Part shown: one piece after another, positions 28,681-37,798 of the stretch
How the letters are laid out: each line of letters begins with the position of its first letter
Numbering within the stretch: the first letter of the stretch is position 1
From: a virus
Taxonomy: Duplodnaviria; Caudoviricetes
Virus record (IMG/VR): IMGVR_UViG_3300050156_000143
Location: 128,001-192,000 of that record
Direction: 5' to 3' (one strand)
DNA length: 64,000 bases
Notes under the pieces: generated by a model
What the model saw: only the letters and a program-made list of their open reading frames with translations
What the model was told of the DNA's origin: nothing
Database searches by the model: none
Position numbers and translations under genes: made by a program

Positions 28681-30668
28681 CCCCGTATCAAGCCAACGTG
28701 ATTGCATCATATCTTCAATCTACTGGACTGTGTATCAATCAAGATCACGCCGCGTTGATGGGGGCATCGTCTAGCAATGGTGACTACACCCCTGGAACCA
28801 TTTTGACGGACACGGGGCTAGATGTATGGCAAGATGTCACTGTGCTGGCAAAGCAGCGAGTCACTGAACTCACATTGACGCCCACGGTGTTTAACAATCT
28901 GTTAGCCACGGGGACAATCCCGGCATTAACAAATTTCCTGCCATCGTCATATACGGGTAGCAATCCGACCCCGGAATATGGGTTTTTACGCATTTTGGCA
29001 AAACAGGCTCACGATGAATTCCATCATGGTGGCGGTTCATATGCGGATTTTTTAAGCTCGTTTCAGCGTTGTGCTTCATACATGGCGATGACAAATGGGG
29101 TGATTGATGGTCTCACTTCTGCCAAAACACACCTGTCTGGGTTTTATAGTAACTCAAATGATTTCATATCAGGCGATGTATTGGGGGTAAACCGAGCCAC
29201 TGTCTTTTTTGGACAAGATTTGATCAAATGCGGTAAAGCAATTGACTTGTCACAGATCGCCACGTTTGGGAGTCCCGTGGCACTATTGCGCACAATGAAC
29301 ACGCACAACGCCCTTGGTGAGCCACTCTTAAACTCCCTTGAACAACACGGGTTTGAACCGAGTGAACTAACGCAGTTGTTGTCTGGGCAAACTCCCACTG
29401 AACTGCAAGAATTTAGGGTATATTCCAGCTTTACATCAGTCACGTCCGATGATTTGGAAGATTGCTTAACGCCGTTGAACTTCCAACACTCCGTTGATTC
29501 GCTGGCGGATTTATTGAATCCGATGAAGCTGTTCCCTGCTAGTTTCCAGAGTCTTACTGTGCCAAATTATGCGGTACAAACTCCAAATGGTGGGTCAAAA
29601 ACTTATCAATTGATATATGTTGGAAACGACTGTAATCCGGTTTTGTATCAACGTGGATTCGATTTGCAGCCAGGTGTTCCCGACAATATCGCAACCGCTT
29701 GTGCAGCATTTTCATACAGTATGCGACAAATCACCAACATCGCATCAACTGAGGTTGAGAAGTTTGCGCAAGTGGTGATGAATTTGGAAACTATGGGGGA
29801 GTTGGCGGTAGATTCTGGCAATTCACCTGGAAACAATCAACTAATCGATTCGGCTTTGAGTTCCGTGGGGGATTCTCTCACCATGAATCATTATTTTGGG
29901 GCCATGTCTGGGATTCCATATGATCTCGCAACAATAAAGGAACAATTGACACAACTCGTCACTCCAGCAGTGTTAGTCAAAATGTCTGACATTTTGGACT
30001 TACTTACTGCACCATTGGTTCTACCTGCTTTGACTTATGATGTTGAATTACAGGCATTAATCGATGAATTGGATACCATTATTGAAACCATTGGCACAGA
30101 GTTTCCTCAAGATGTGTCCGCATTGAATACACTGTGGGAAACCGTTGGACACCAACTAGTGAAAGAACAGTCTGCCCGCACTGAGGCGTTGCCGTCTCCC
30201 AGTGTGGGTTCTAAATTAGACATCTACTCGTTTGGGTATGCGTTGCCATCGTTTTCAACAGATATTGGCGAAGGCATGACCGCACAAACCCTTGAAAAGA
30301 TTTCTGATTTGAGTATAGTGGGCGGACAGTCCTGTGTTGCAGCGATGCGGGAGAGTAGAAATAGTGCCAGGTTGGCATTAGCTGGGATACCCACGAACAC
30401 CCATAGTGATGAAACCGGGCCAGATTCTGGTTTGACCCTAGACCAGTTCTCCCCCACTGCACCCGCCCCCAATGTTATAAATATCAATGGCACCTCAGTG
30501 GTATTGGCCACAGGGGCTGCCATTGTAAAAGGCAGTTTTGCTGGATCACCTTACACCAACTTGGTGCCTCAGAATTTATCAATACTGAACACCACAATGT
30601 TGATAAATTCGCAAGAAACACCTTCACAAGCTGCGGCTGAAGTGATTCGATGTAATTGTGATTGCTAA
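28677..30668 (+). CDS. Probable virion structural protein (663 aa)
   Basis: Long ORF coupled to the PAAR gene; no catalytic motif recognised. Confidence 0.65.
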   Translation: MTPYQANVIASYLQSTGLCINQDHAALMGASSSNGDYTPGTILTDTGLDVWQDVTVLAKQRVTELTLTPTVFNNLLATGTIPALTNFLPSSYTGSNPTPEYGFLRILAKQAHDEFHHGGGSYADFLSSFQRCASYMAMTNGVIDGLTSAKTHLSGFYSNSNDFISGDVLGVNRATVFFGQDLIKCGKAIDLSQIATFGSPVALLRTMNTHNALGEPLLNSLEQHGFEPSELTQLLSGQTPTELQEFRVYSSFTSVTSDDLEDCLTPLNFQHSVDSLADLLNPMKLFPASFQSLTVPNYAVQTPNGGSKTYQLIYVGNDCNPVLYQRGFDLQPGVPDNIATACAAFSYSMRQITNIASTEVEKFAQVVMNLETMGELAVDSGNSPGNNQLIDSALSSVGDSLTMNHYFGAMSGIPYDLATIKEQLTQLVTPAVLVKMSDILDLLTAPLVLPALTYDVELQALIDELDTIIETIGTEFPQDVSALNTLWETVGHQLVKEQSARTEALPSPSVGSKLDIYSFGYALPSFSTDIGEGMTAQTLEKISDLSIVGGQSCVAAMRESRNSARLALAGIPTNTHSDETGPDSGLTLDQFSPTAPAPNVININGTSVVLATGAAIVKGSFAGSPYTNLVPQNLSILNTTMLINSQETPSQAAAEVIRCNCDC

Positions 30669-30675
30669 GTAACCC

Positions 30676-30699
30676 AAGCGCTGGAAACGGCGCTTTTTT
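30676..30699 (+). terminator. Intrinsic terminator
   Basis: aagcgctg-gaaa-cggcgc-tttttt. Confidence 0.75.
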
Positions 30700-30710
30700 G
30701 TTTATACTTT

Positions 30711-31169
30711 ATGAAAAAACTATTAACATTTTTTGCCACCTTGTTGGCAATAACTCCCGTGCATGCGCAAGATTCTAAGCAGTATGATTGTTTGGCCACT
30801 GCCATCTATCATGAAGCTCGTGGAGAACCCCTGACGGGCATGGCTGCGGTGGCACGAGTAGTCATTAACCGTGTTAAACATGGATACGCAAAGGATGTGT
30901 GCTCTGTGGTGCATCAATCAACCATCATTCGCGGTCGCCGTTTTTGTCAATTTTCTTGGGCATGTGCTAAAAAAGTGGTGAACTACACTGATTGCAAATT
31001 TCACGAAGCAATGGCAATTGCCAAAAACGTGATTGACCATGATGCGTATAGTGGACTTATATCTGCATCCACTTTGTTTTTTCATAGCGTACAATGTAGC
31101 CCATTGTCACAAAAACGGTATGTGCAAGTGGCAAGAATTGGACGCCACCGCTTTTACCAACTTGCTTGA
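30711..31169 (+). CDS. Cell wall hydrolase, SleB/Hydrolase_2 family
   Basis: Signal peptide; CLATAIYHEARGE, VARVVINRV, QFSW, IG.HRFY. Confidence 0.92.
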   Translation: MKKLLTFFATLLAITPVHAQDSKQYDCLATAIYHEARGEPLTGMAAVARVVINRVKHGYAKDVCSVVHQSTIIRGRRFCQFSWACAKKVVNYTDCKFHEAMAIAKNVIDHDAYSGLISASTLFFHSVQCSPLSQKRYVQVARIGRHRFYQLA

Positions 31170-31229
31170 CACGTGTCAGACATGGGTGTTACACTTTGCC
31201 CATCACGTTTCCCCACATGGAGCCTCACT

Positions 31230-31493
31230 ATGACCTGCCAGATCACTCGCTACGTGCCCGTTGAACAGATGGCCAAGTTGGATCAACTTGTGAAAATCTT
31301 CAATGGCAGATATGTAAACGGTACGCACTATTTTGGAGACCAATATTACGTCGTGTTGGAGTTCGATTCTGTTGATGATTTGAACAAATACGAGCACGAA
31401 TTTCTTCGTCAAACTACCAACATCATTGAAAAACATGCCCCAAAATGGAACCAATTGTGGAACCGCCTTATTTTGAGTATCCGTTGGAGCTAA
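31230..31493 (+). CDS. Hypothetical protein
   Basis: GGAG RBS before ATG 31230. Confidence 0.55.
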   Translation: MTCQITRYVPVEQMAKLDQLVKIFNGRYVNGTHYFGDQYYVVLEFDSVDDLNKYEHEFLRQTTNIIEKHAPKWNQLWNRLILSIRWS

Positions 31494-31610
31494 CCGACGA
31501 ACATCGTCGCAAACTCATTGAAGACAAGTTGGCACGCGCAGTTTTTCACCATAATAGAATGTTACGTGATCCAAACCGGCACCCGGTAAATACCAGTTTG
31601 GAGAAGAAAC

Positions 31611-31811
31611 GTGAAAAATTGCGATGTTAATAGTTTCTGTGAAGTGATGATGCGTGACCAACGCATTGAGACCCCTCATGGGAACAACGGCAATCACCAT
31701 TGGAAACCCCCAACCGTTCCAGCCATCCCAGAACCGAGCACATCCGTGATGATATTGTTTGGCGTATTGTTTGTCTACTTGTTTACATTCAAATTTAATA
31801 GGAAAACATGA
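31611..31811 (+). CDS. Small protein with PEP-CTERM-like C-terminal anchor
   Basis: IPEPST, hydrophobic helix, then K/R tail; TAAATA near 31586 and GGAG RBS upstream. Confidence 0.55.
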   Translation: MKNCDVNSFCEVMMRDQRIETPHGNNGNHHWKPPTVPAIPEPSTSVMILFGVLFVYLFTFKFNRKT

Positions 31812-32419
31812 AAGTCTACCTTGGGAAATACATTGACCACTATTCGTGGTATGGCATTTTACGCAAGTTTGAAGAAACCCTTGGAGAAGCACGGGTCGAT
31901 TCATGGAGTGAGTGGCTATCTGAATCTGTTTTCCAAAAACCATTGGATTGGCTAAATTCCCGCGAACGCACAATTTCAATCAAGCTGGATAATTACGATA
32001 CGTGGAACATGGATTCCACCCTGGCTCTCATTGTGTTACCCATGTTGCGGCAACTGAAAGCCAGTAAGCATGGGTCTGGTTTGGTGGACAGCGACGATGC
32101 GCCAGATGAATTCAAGCCTATCACCGACGACGAAATGAAAGATGATGAAAACATTCACAAACGGTGGGATTATGTTTTGGGTGAAATGATTTGGGCGTTT
32201 GAGCAGCTTCAGCCAGATTGCGACTGGGAAGATCAGTATTGCTCAGGCAACATTGATTGGAAATTTGTTGAATCTAATGTGGGAAATGGGTTGACCGAAA
32301 TCCAAAAAGGTGACAATCACACTTTTGCCATCGACATGGATGGTCGAAAGAAACACCAAGACCGCATCACAAATGGGTTACGCCTGTTTGGGAAATATTA
32401 TCAATCACTGTGGGACTAA
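31808..32419 (+). CDS. Conserved hypothetical phage protein
   Basis: DTWNMDSTLALIVLPML.QLK..RW.YVL.EMIWAF..NG.RLFGKYY..LWD. Confidence 0.8.
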   Translation: MKVYLGKYIDHYSWYGILRKFEETLGEARVDSWSEWLSESVFQKPLDWLNSRERTISIKLDNYDTWNMDSTLALIVLPMLRQLKASKHGSGLVDSDDAPDEFKPITDDEMKDDENIHKRWDYVLGEMIWAFEQLQPDCDWEDQYCSGNIDWKFVESNVGNGLTEIQKGDNHTFAIDMDGRKKHQDRITNGLRLFGKYYQSLWD

Positions 32420-32420
32420 G

Positions 32421-32615
32421 ATGGGCGATGGTGGAAAAGGCGATTCTCCTCGCCCATTTAGTGTCAACGTTGAACAGTTTGTCTCGCACTGGGAGAGTAC
32501 ATTTGGGAAACAACCGTCGAAGTTCACGGTGGTGGGAACGTGCGAACATTGTGGGGCAAAATTGTACGCAGACGGTTCCATCATCCACGAGAGCCATTGT
32601 GTGAAGTCAGAGTGA
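32421..32615 (+). CDS. Small conserved protein (GGKGD.PRP) with a Cys/His tail
   Basis: MGDGGKGDSPRP..W..TFG; CEHC..H.C. Confidence 0.6.
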   Translation: MGDGGKGDSPRPFSVNVEQFVSHWESTFGKQPSKFTVVGTCEHCGAKLYADGSIIHESHCVKSE

Positions 32616-32651
32616 TCTAGTCGGAATTTATTGAATTTGGTCTATTTGTAG

Positions 32652-32687
32652 TACACTGCATTCACTGCAATGGCGCAGACAACTTTT
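32652..32687 (+). repeat. 36-bp promoter/leader repeat, copy 1
   Basis: TACACTGCATTCACTGCA-N4-CGCAGACAACTTTT, 34/36 identical to 35720-35755. Confidence 0.8.
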
Positions 32688-32701
32688 CGAGGAGCCAATT
32701 T

Positions 32702-32959
32702 ATGGTCAGCGATTCGGGCACAGTGACGTATGGAGACATCACCATTAGTTTTCGCACAAATGCTGATCGAACTCATATCCAAGTGAGTGATAATCTGGAA
32801 CCCAGCACATTGCGGCTCGACAAATCAATTCCCAATCTGGCATTTTTTCGTGCGATGGCTGTGTTTTTCTGGGAAAACTCCGGCAACAATATGACGGCAC
32901 AGGAATACGAGCAACTGTGTACGGAAGCTGGGTGTGACGAATTCCGTTGGCTCCCGTAA
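32702..32959 (+). CDS. Hypothetical protein
   Basis: GAGGAG RBS. Confidence 0.65.
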   Translation: MVSDSGTVTYGDITISFRTNADRTHIQVSDNLEPSTLRLDKSIPNLAFFRAMAVFFWENSGNNMTAQEYEQLCTEAGCDEFRWLP

Positions 32960-32986
32960 TACATTCAATCAGTTGAAAATTATCCC

Positions 32987-33355
32987 ATGCCAGCCATGTT
33001 CACCGGATGGAAAACACTTCAGCTCGACAACCTCAAAGTGCCAGTGTCGGCATTCTACCAACCTTCACTGAAGGGATTGAACCCAGTGGTTTACACCACG
33101 ATTGGTTCCACTGAAGTTGAGATTGATTACGGTGAAGCCAGCATTTTTGGCCATATTTCGCCAACTCCCGAGGACATCGTGACAATCAAGTCATTTGGGG
33201 TGGGTGATTTGACAATGCAAAAATACAATGGAATGCTGGCCGTTTTGGCAAAAAGTACAGGTCACCTGATTGCTCGGGTGGTGTTCGATGATGGCGACAG
33301 TGTGGTGAGACTGACTGTCCATGATGGACTCATCAAACAAATTGAGCTAACATAA
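32987..33355 (+). CDS. Hypothetical protein
   Basis: ORF ending before a terminator. Confidence 0.6.
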   Translation: MPAMFTGWKTLQLDNLKVPVSAFYQPSLKGLNPVVYTTIGSTEVEIDYGEASIFGHISPTPEDIVTIKSFGVGDLTMQKYNGMLAVLAKSTGHLIARVVFDDGDSVVRLTVHDGLIKQIELT

Positions 33356-33368
33356 CCAAAGAGAACAC

Positions 33369-33395
33369 AAAAACCCGGCCTAGGCCGGGTTTTTT
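33369..33395. terminator. Bidirectional terminator (CTAG loop)
   Basis: aaaaacccggc-ctag-gccgggtttttt. Confidence 0.85.
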
Positions 33396-34282
33396 CATGC
33401 TAGGAGAGCAATGGCTTCCACATACACCAATTTCCAATACTTTTGGAACGCCTCTCTTTCACGATGGTTCAAACGGTTGAATGAAAATTTGCCAAACTTT
33501 GATCTGAAATTGATATTGAAAAATTTGAGAATCTGGGACTCAATCGCATCATAAAGTTCTTTGCCACGTTGCACGTCTTCTGCTACCGCAATCGCTATCT
33601 CATGTGCATAGGCCGATATCTCCATTGGGGCGGCATAATATGCCAACTTTGTCTTCCTAGTTTCTTCCTCGGTTCTAGCTGGGGTTAACCCATGAAAGTA
33701 TCCTGGGAAAACTTTGGTGTCATATTGCAGTCCAGGATTGTTCATATTTTGATAAGCGTGAACCAACTCGTGGATAAACACTTTGGAAAGCTCTGTTATC
33801 TCCAATGCCATGTCTAGATGGCGCAATCGTGAAATGGCAATTTGATACGCCACGAGTTCGGTTTCTACCGACAGATCATCGTTTAGTGCATTGATGTGGT
33901 TCGCTGTGGACTTCACCGTTTTATCCAAAATGTCGAACAGATAGGTCTCTGATATTTTTATTTTGCGACCAATGTATAGCGACACATTCCCCTCTTTGAA
34001 TTCAACCCCTTTTGCAAAATCACCACATATTTGCTCGAACCGGTTGGTCAATTTCGTAGACAAGGTTTTATCCAAGGTGCCCTCCATTAGCATTTTAAAG
34101 TGATCAAACAGCGTGTAGTTGGGGTATTTTCCATTAGCGATGTGCTGCAAATCTGGGGAATTTTCTTGAAATTTGGCCAATACTTGCGCCACACTTTGCT
34201 GGTATCCGTCGATGACGTCTTCCACAGTCGTCTTGAAATATTTCCCAACTGATATTGACTCAGTAATAGTGTTAATGTGCAT
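33395..34282 (-). CDS. Zincin-like metallopeptidase, putative head-packaged; start 34282 (MHINTITES)
   Basis: FIHELVHAYQ plus YYAAPMEISAYA; TAAATA-TGGG-ATG. Confidence 0.75.
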   Translation of the reverse strand: MHINTITESISVGKYFKTTVEDVIDGYQQSVAQVLAKFQENSPDLQHIANGKYPNYTLFDHFKMLMEGTLDKTLSTKLTNRFEQICGDFAKGVEFKEGNVSLYIGRKIKISETYLFDILDKTVKSTANHINALNDDLSVETELVAYQIAISRLRHLDMALEITELSKVFIHELVHAYQNMNNPGLQYDTKVFPGYFHGLTPARTEEETRKTKLAYYAAPMEISAYAHEIAIAVAEDVQRGKELYDAIESQILKFFNINFRSKFGKFSFNRLNHREREAFQKYWKLVYVEAIALLA

Positions 34283-34329
34283 CCCATATTTAATTTGCAC
34301 AGTGTAGTAAATCGTGGCACAATCGTGGG

Positions 34330-34548
34330 ATGAATTATTCCCATAGTGAACGCCACAGTATTTTCAGAAAGTTGATCGATCCTCGAACCCACGAGATTTG
34401 GTACTGTGATAACATCAGACGCATCAAGACGGTGGAGGAAGTAGACTTCATTTGGGTCTACAAACCAGACAAGCCCCACCGAACAAACTTGATGCGAAAA
34501 GGTTACTTTTTTGAAAAACTTACCGAGGACTTGAAAAATGGATATTGA
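34330..34548 (+). CDS. Small conserved hypothetical protein
   Basis: E.WYC......K.VEEV.F..V....R..LMRK. Confidence 0.6.
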   Translation: MNYSHSERHSIFRKLIDPRTHEIWYCDNIRRIKTVEEVDFIWVYKPDKPHRTNLMRKGYFFEKLTEDLKNGY

Positions 34549-34906
34549 ACAAATTGTTCCAGATATTGTTTTTGTGCGAGTATTTAAACACATTTATACT
34601 GAAGATGGCGAAACCGGGATTGAATATGTTGCTGGCTTCGACTTGTGGCAGTTCCCAGACCACATCGATCAAGCATCTGATGTAATGGAACACCCTGATA
34701 CCAAACATATGTTCATCGTGTCGGGAATTGTGACCGATACTGCATATGAAACTGCTTGTCAAGCCGCGCACGCAGGATACATGATGTATAGTGCTGTTCA
34801 TGATGAGGTATCAGTGATCGACGAAAATGACGAAACCGTTGAATCATATTCAATGTCAGATTTACTCGATGATGAAGAAATACCGGCAGAAAGAACGTTG
34901 CACTAA
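34538..34906 (+). CDS. Acidic hypothetical protein
   Basis: Coupled ORF. Confidence 0.6.
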   Translation: MDIEQIVPDIVFVRVFKHIYTEDGETGIEYVAGFDLWQFPDHIDQASDVMEHPDTKHMFIVSGIVTDTAYETACQAAHAGYMMYSAVHDEVSVIDENDETVESYSMSDLLDDEEIPAERTLH

Positions 34907-34952
34907 CGTCAAAACGGTGGTGGGTAAAAAAACGGTGGTGGATAAATAATTG

Positions 34953-35669
34953 ATGACAAAAATTCCGAAATCTGATATGTTACGCGACGCTAATCGGTTG
35001 TATTACCATGTATCACCTTTGCCAAAATTTACAGGAAATCGGCAAGACAGCATTTCGGAAGTTAATCTCATTTTGGATGAATTGCAAACCAGACAGTCAG
35101 AAAGTGATTTACCCATACCCGAGTATCGTACATTGGTGAGGTTGATTGCTCGGTATGAACGCATGCTCCAAGCCTTGGAATCTGGTGGCAGAGCATTTGG
35201 CAACAATGCGGGCATTGGTTCCACATCGTTTTATGCAACTTCTCAGCCAGAGTTTTGGCAATCTGTTCAGGAAGATGAACTCGGCGTTGACTACAGTAGA
35301 GGTGGAATATATGCGATCATCTTGAAACGCCCGAGGACTGAACGAATGGTGCCAGCAGGTATGGGAACATTGGCACCAGAAGTTTCGGTATCACTGTCCA
35401 ATGTGCAGACAATCTTGGGGCCGTTTAAGACGACAACTCAAGCGGATACGGCGATCAACCACAATAAAATTACACGTGGTAGTGCGGTTCCAGTCACGCC
35501 CGGACACAATACATCCGGTAAGAAAGTCATCACCGACCCAGACGAAAGAATGAAATATGCAACCTGGGGCCAATTGTTCGCAATGATTGATGGAATAGAG
35601 CACCGTGTTCCGCGTGGGGCATTGGATGATGATTTTGACCCGGTGATCCAAACCCACATCAAAACGTAG
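34953..35669 (+). CDS. Late protein, possibly ART-like
   Basis: TAAATA-N4-ATG; LYYHVSP and SFYATS..W resemble ART strands 1 and 2. Confidence 0.55.
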   Translation: MTKIPKSDMLRDANRLYYHVSPLPKFTGNRQDSISEVNLILDELQTRQSESDLPIPEYRTLVRLIARYERMLQALESGGRAFGNNAGIGSTSFYATSQPEFWQSVQEDELGVDYSRGGIYAIILKRPRTERMVPAGMGTLAPEVSVSLSNVQTILGPFKTTTQADTAINHNKITRGSAVPVTPGHNTSGKKVITDPDERMKYATWGQLFAMIDGIEHRVPRGALDDDFDPVIQTHIKT

Positions 35670-35719
35670 AAAGACCAACTTGGTGATGTGGGTATTGGCA
35701 TGTTGAACAAAACTGCTGC

Positions 35720-35755
35720 TACACTGCATTCACTGCACTGACGCAGACAACTTTT
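35720..35755 (+). repeat. 36-bp promoter/leader repeat, copy 2
   Basis: Near-identical to 32652-32687; extended -10 TGCTACACT. Confidence 0.8.
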
Positions 35756-35766
35756 TAGGAAACAGC

Positions 35767-35925
35767 ATGAAATACGTTTATGTAGCCACCAAGGGCGGCG
35801 AGGTGTTTTACTTTTTGAGTGACTCGCTCGACCCTGCCACCCACCAACTTTGGCTGCGTAATCCTCAAACCCTGTATGGCGTGGAGAGTTCGATCTTCGC
35901 GCCGGGCGTGAAAGAGGGGGCGTGA
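35767..35925 (+). pseudogene. Chimeric 52-aa ORF: phage N-terminus fused to the C-terminal tip of a BrxR-like WYL regulator
   Basis: MKYVYVATKGGEVFYFLS followed by DSLDPATHQLWLRNPQTLYGVESSIFAPG, resembling BrxR C-termini; stop overlaps the brxA start (GTGA). Confidence 0.6.
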
Positions 35926-36518
35926 TCGTGAGCCTCTATAACGCTGAAATCACTGCTGGCTCTTTGTTAGTGCCCGAGAGCCGCCGCATTGCGCGGCTGC
36001 TACTCACCCACCCAACGGCTGAGCAGTGGGACGAGGCCATGAAGCAGCAAAACCTGTTGCAAAAGTCGCCCGCCACTGCACAACGACAAGCACGCCTGAT
36101 TCGCAACCGGCTGGCAACGCTAGACGATGAGGGTCTACAGCTTGTCTCCGAAGGCGACGGCGAGATTACGGGGCAGGTATTGCTCGCTGCGGCTGCCCAG
36201 CACAGTCAATTGCTGAGTGACTTCATGCGCGATGTGTATGCGGCTGACCTGCGTCGCCTTGAGCGCACCTTAAGCCATCGGCAGTGGGAAGCCTTCCTCA
36301 CCGAATGCGAGCACCGTGACGCCAGCGTCGGCACCTGGGCCGATACGACCTGCAAAAAGCTCTTTCAGGTCATCGTCCGAATGCTGGTTGAAGCCAAGTT
36401 CCTCGATAGCTCACGGCGCATGGCACTCACGCCGCCCATGCTTCACCCTAAGGTTCGCGCCTACCTGATACGGCTGGGTGCTGAAAAAACGCTCGCCCGC
36501 ATGGAAACCACCGCATGA
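35922..36518 (+). CDS. brxA: BREX protein BrxA (DUF1819), full length
   Basis: YNAEITAGSLLVPESRRIA.LL..NLLQK.SPATA.R.A.LIR.RL..W...T.KKL.QVI.RML.EA; visibly higher GC than the flanks. Confidence 0.9.
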   Translation: MIVSLYNAEITAGSLLVPESRRIARLLLTHPTAEQWDEAMKQQNLLQKSPATAQRQARLIRNRLATLDDEGLQLVSEGDGEITGQVLLAAAAQHSQLLSDFMRDVYAADLRRLERTLSHRQWEAFLTECEHRDASVGTWADTTCKKLFQVIVRMLVEAKFLDSSRRMALTPPMLHPKVRAYLIRLGAEKTLARMETTA

Positions 36519-36781
36519 AAACGTCTTTTGAAGAACGCCTGAATCAGGTTCTGCCTCGGTTGGCATCGCCGGACGTGCTGGACAACCTGGGCGCTGGTGG
36601 CGAGATTGGTTTTTGGATCTTCGACTACCCGACTCCATCCGAGTTGGCGATGTTATGCGATCTGGAAACGTTCCAACCATCTGAGGGAGACCCGGATCAT
36701 TACACATTTGACGACAATGTGGACTTGACGGTGGCTGGATTTAATTTCAGTTCACCCGACGAGTTTGAATCGGATTTCTGA
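36515..36781 (+). pseudogene. brxB: Truncated BrxB (about 39 N-terminal aa) fused to unrelated sequence
   Basis: FEERLNQVLPRL.S..L.N.G.GGEIGFWIFDYP then loss of similarity; 88 aa versus about 200 aa for intact BrxB. Confidence 0.8.
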
Positions 36782-36826
36782 TCCCCCCACCGTTAATTAA
36801 ATATTCACTTCACGATAGGAATCACA

Positions 36827-36976
36827 ATGTTCAAAACGATTTTCACCATTATTTTCGCCACTTTTGCCATCACCGGTATCACCAAACCCGTGTCAGACGG
36901 GGAATGCGGCAAGAATGGAGCACCTTGTATGCAGCATGAGCCAAAATGTACTCCAGAAAGTTGTTCGTCAAAATGA
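36827..36976 (+). CDS. 49-aa Cys-rich peptide with hydrophobic N-terminus (not in ORF track)
   Basis: AGGA RBS; MFKTIFTIIFATFAITGITKPVSDGECGKNGAPCMQHEPKCTPESCSSK; followed by a terminator. Confidence 0.55.
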   Translation: MFKTIFTIIFATFAITGITKPVSDGECGKNGAPCMQHEPKCTPESCSSK

Positions 36977-36989
36977 TGCAATACAGTTG

Positions 36990-37015
36990 AAAAAAGCGGC
37001 CTAGGCCGCTTTTTT
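36990..37015. terminator. Intrinsic terminator (CTAG loop)
   Basis: aaaaaagcggc-ctag-gccgctttttt. Confidence 0.85.
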
Positions 37016-37034
37016 CTTGTCTTATAAATACCAA

Positions 37035-37715
37035 ATGCGATTACATGAAATAGTTGATACTGCGTATAAGGTGACAAAAACAAATGGACAACACGATTTG
37101 CCAAAGATGATCGACAACCTTATGGCAAACGCCAACACGGAGCAAGCTGGAGTGTATGCACAAGGCTCACAAACCTCTGATCCATTCGTGTATCAAAAGA
37201 AGAATTTCTTGCCTTCTGAGTTAAAAAATGATGGGTATTTCAACTATATTAGAGCAATTAACCCCCACATAAAGAGTAACCCGTTTTTTCCACGAGTTTA
37301 CATGGTGGAACTCGATGTTGATGCCGATGGGCTGAAAGTTCCCCGATATGAAATGGAAAAGTTACTTAAACCGTCGCACGTCGGTCAAGAGGCCGTCATG
37401 GGTTTAGCTCAAAATCTAATTCACGGGTTTTCACTACGAGACAATAGTTTAGAAAACATGTGGGGGTACTTGGTGAAACTATTGGCACGATACGTCTGTG
37501 GCGACACTTCAATTGCCGAATATTTCACCTCAACGAAGCTGAAGCAGGCATTGGATTTAATTAAGCAGACTTTGGCAAGCAATAAAAACTTTAAGTGTGA
37601 TATTCACACCAACAATTGCATGGTTCGCATGACCAAATTTGGCCCACAACTTGTGATCACCGATCCGATTGAGGATCGCGTTAGTCGCATATCCAGTAGA
37701 CCCACGATTCATTGA
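37035..37715 (+). CDS. Protein kinase-like enzyme, putative head-packaged; start 37035 (MRLHE)
   Basis: G.YA, NPFFPRVY, YEMEKL, CDIHTNNCMVR, VITDP; TAAATA-N4-ATG. Confidence 0.75.
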   Translation: MRLHEIVDTAYKVTKTNGQHDLPKMIDNLMANANTEQAGVYAQGSQTSDPFVYQKKNFLPSELKNDGYFNYIRAINPHIKSNPFFPRVYMVELDVDADGLKVPRYEMEKLLKPSHVGQEAVMGLAQNLIHGFSLRDNSLENMWGYLVKLLARYVCGDTSIAEYFTSTKLKQALDLIKQTLASNKNFKCDIHTNNCMVRMTKFGPQLVITDPIEDRVSRISSRPTIH

Positions 37716-37798
37716 CCACATGTTTTAGTCAGGTACAAGGCACATTTCTCCACTGGGTGCTATGATTGCGTCATCGTAACCCAACCGAATAAACCACC

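Noticed and set aside
31445-31630. 61-aa ORF
   Set aside because: Overlaps both neighbours and contains the late promoter of the PEP-CTERM gene; cannot be supported, although not excluded.
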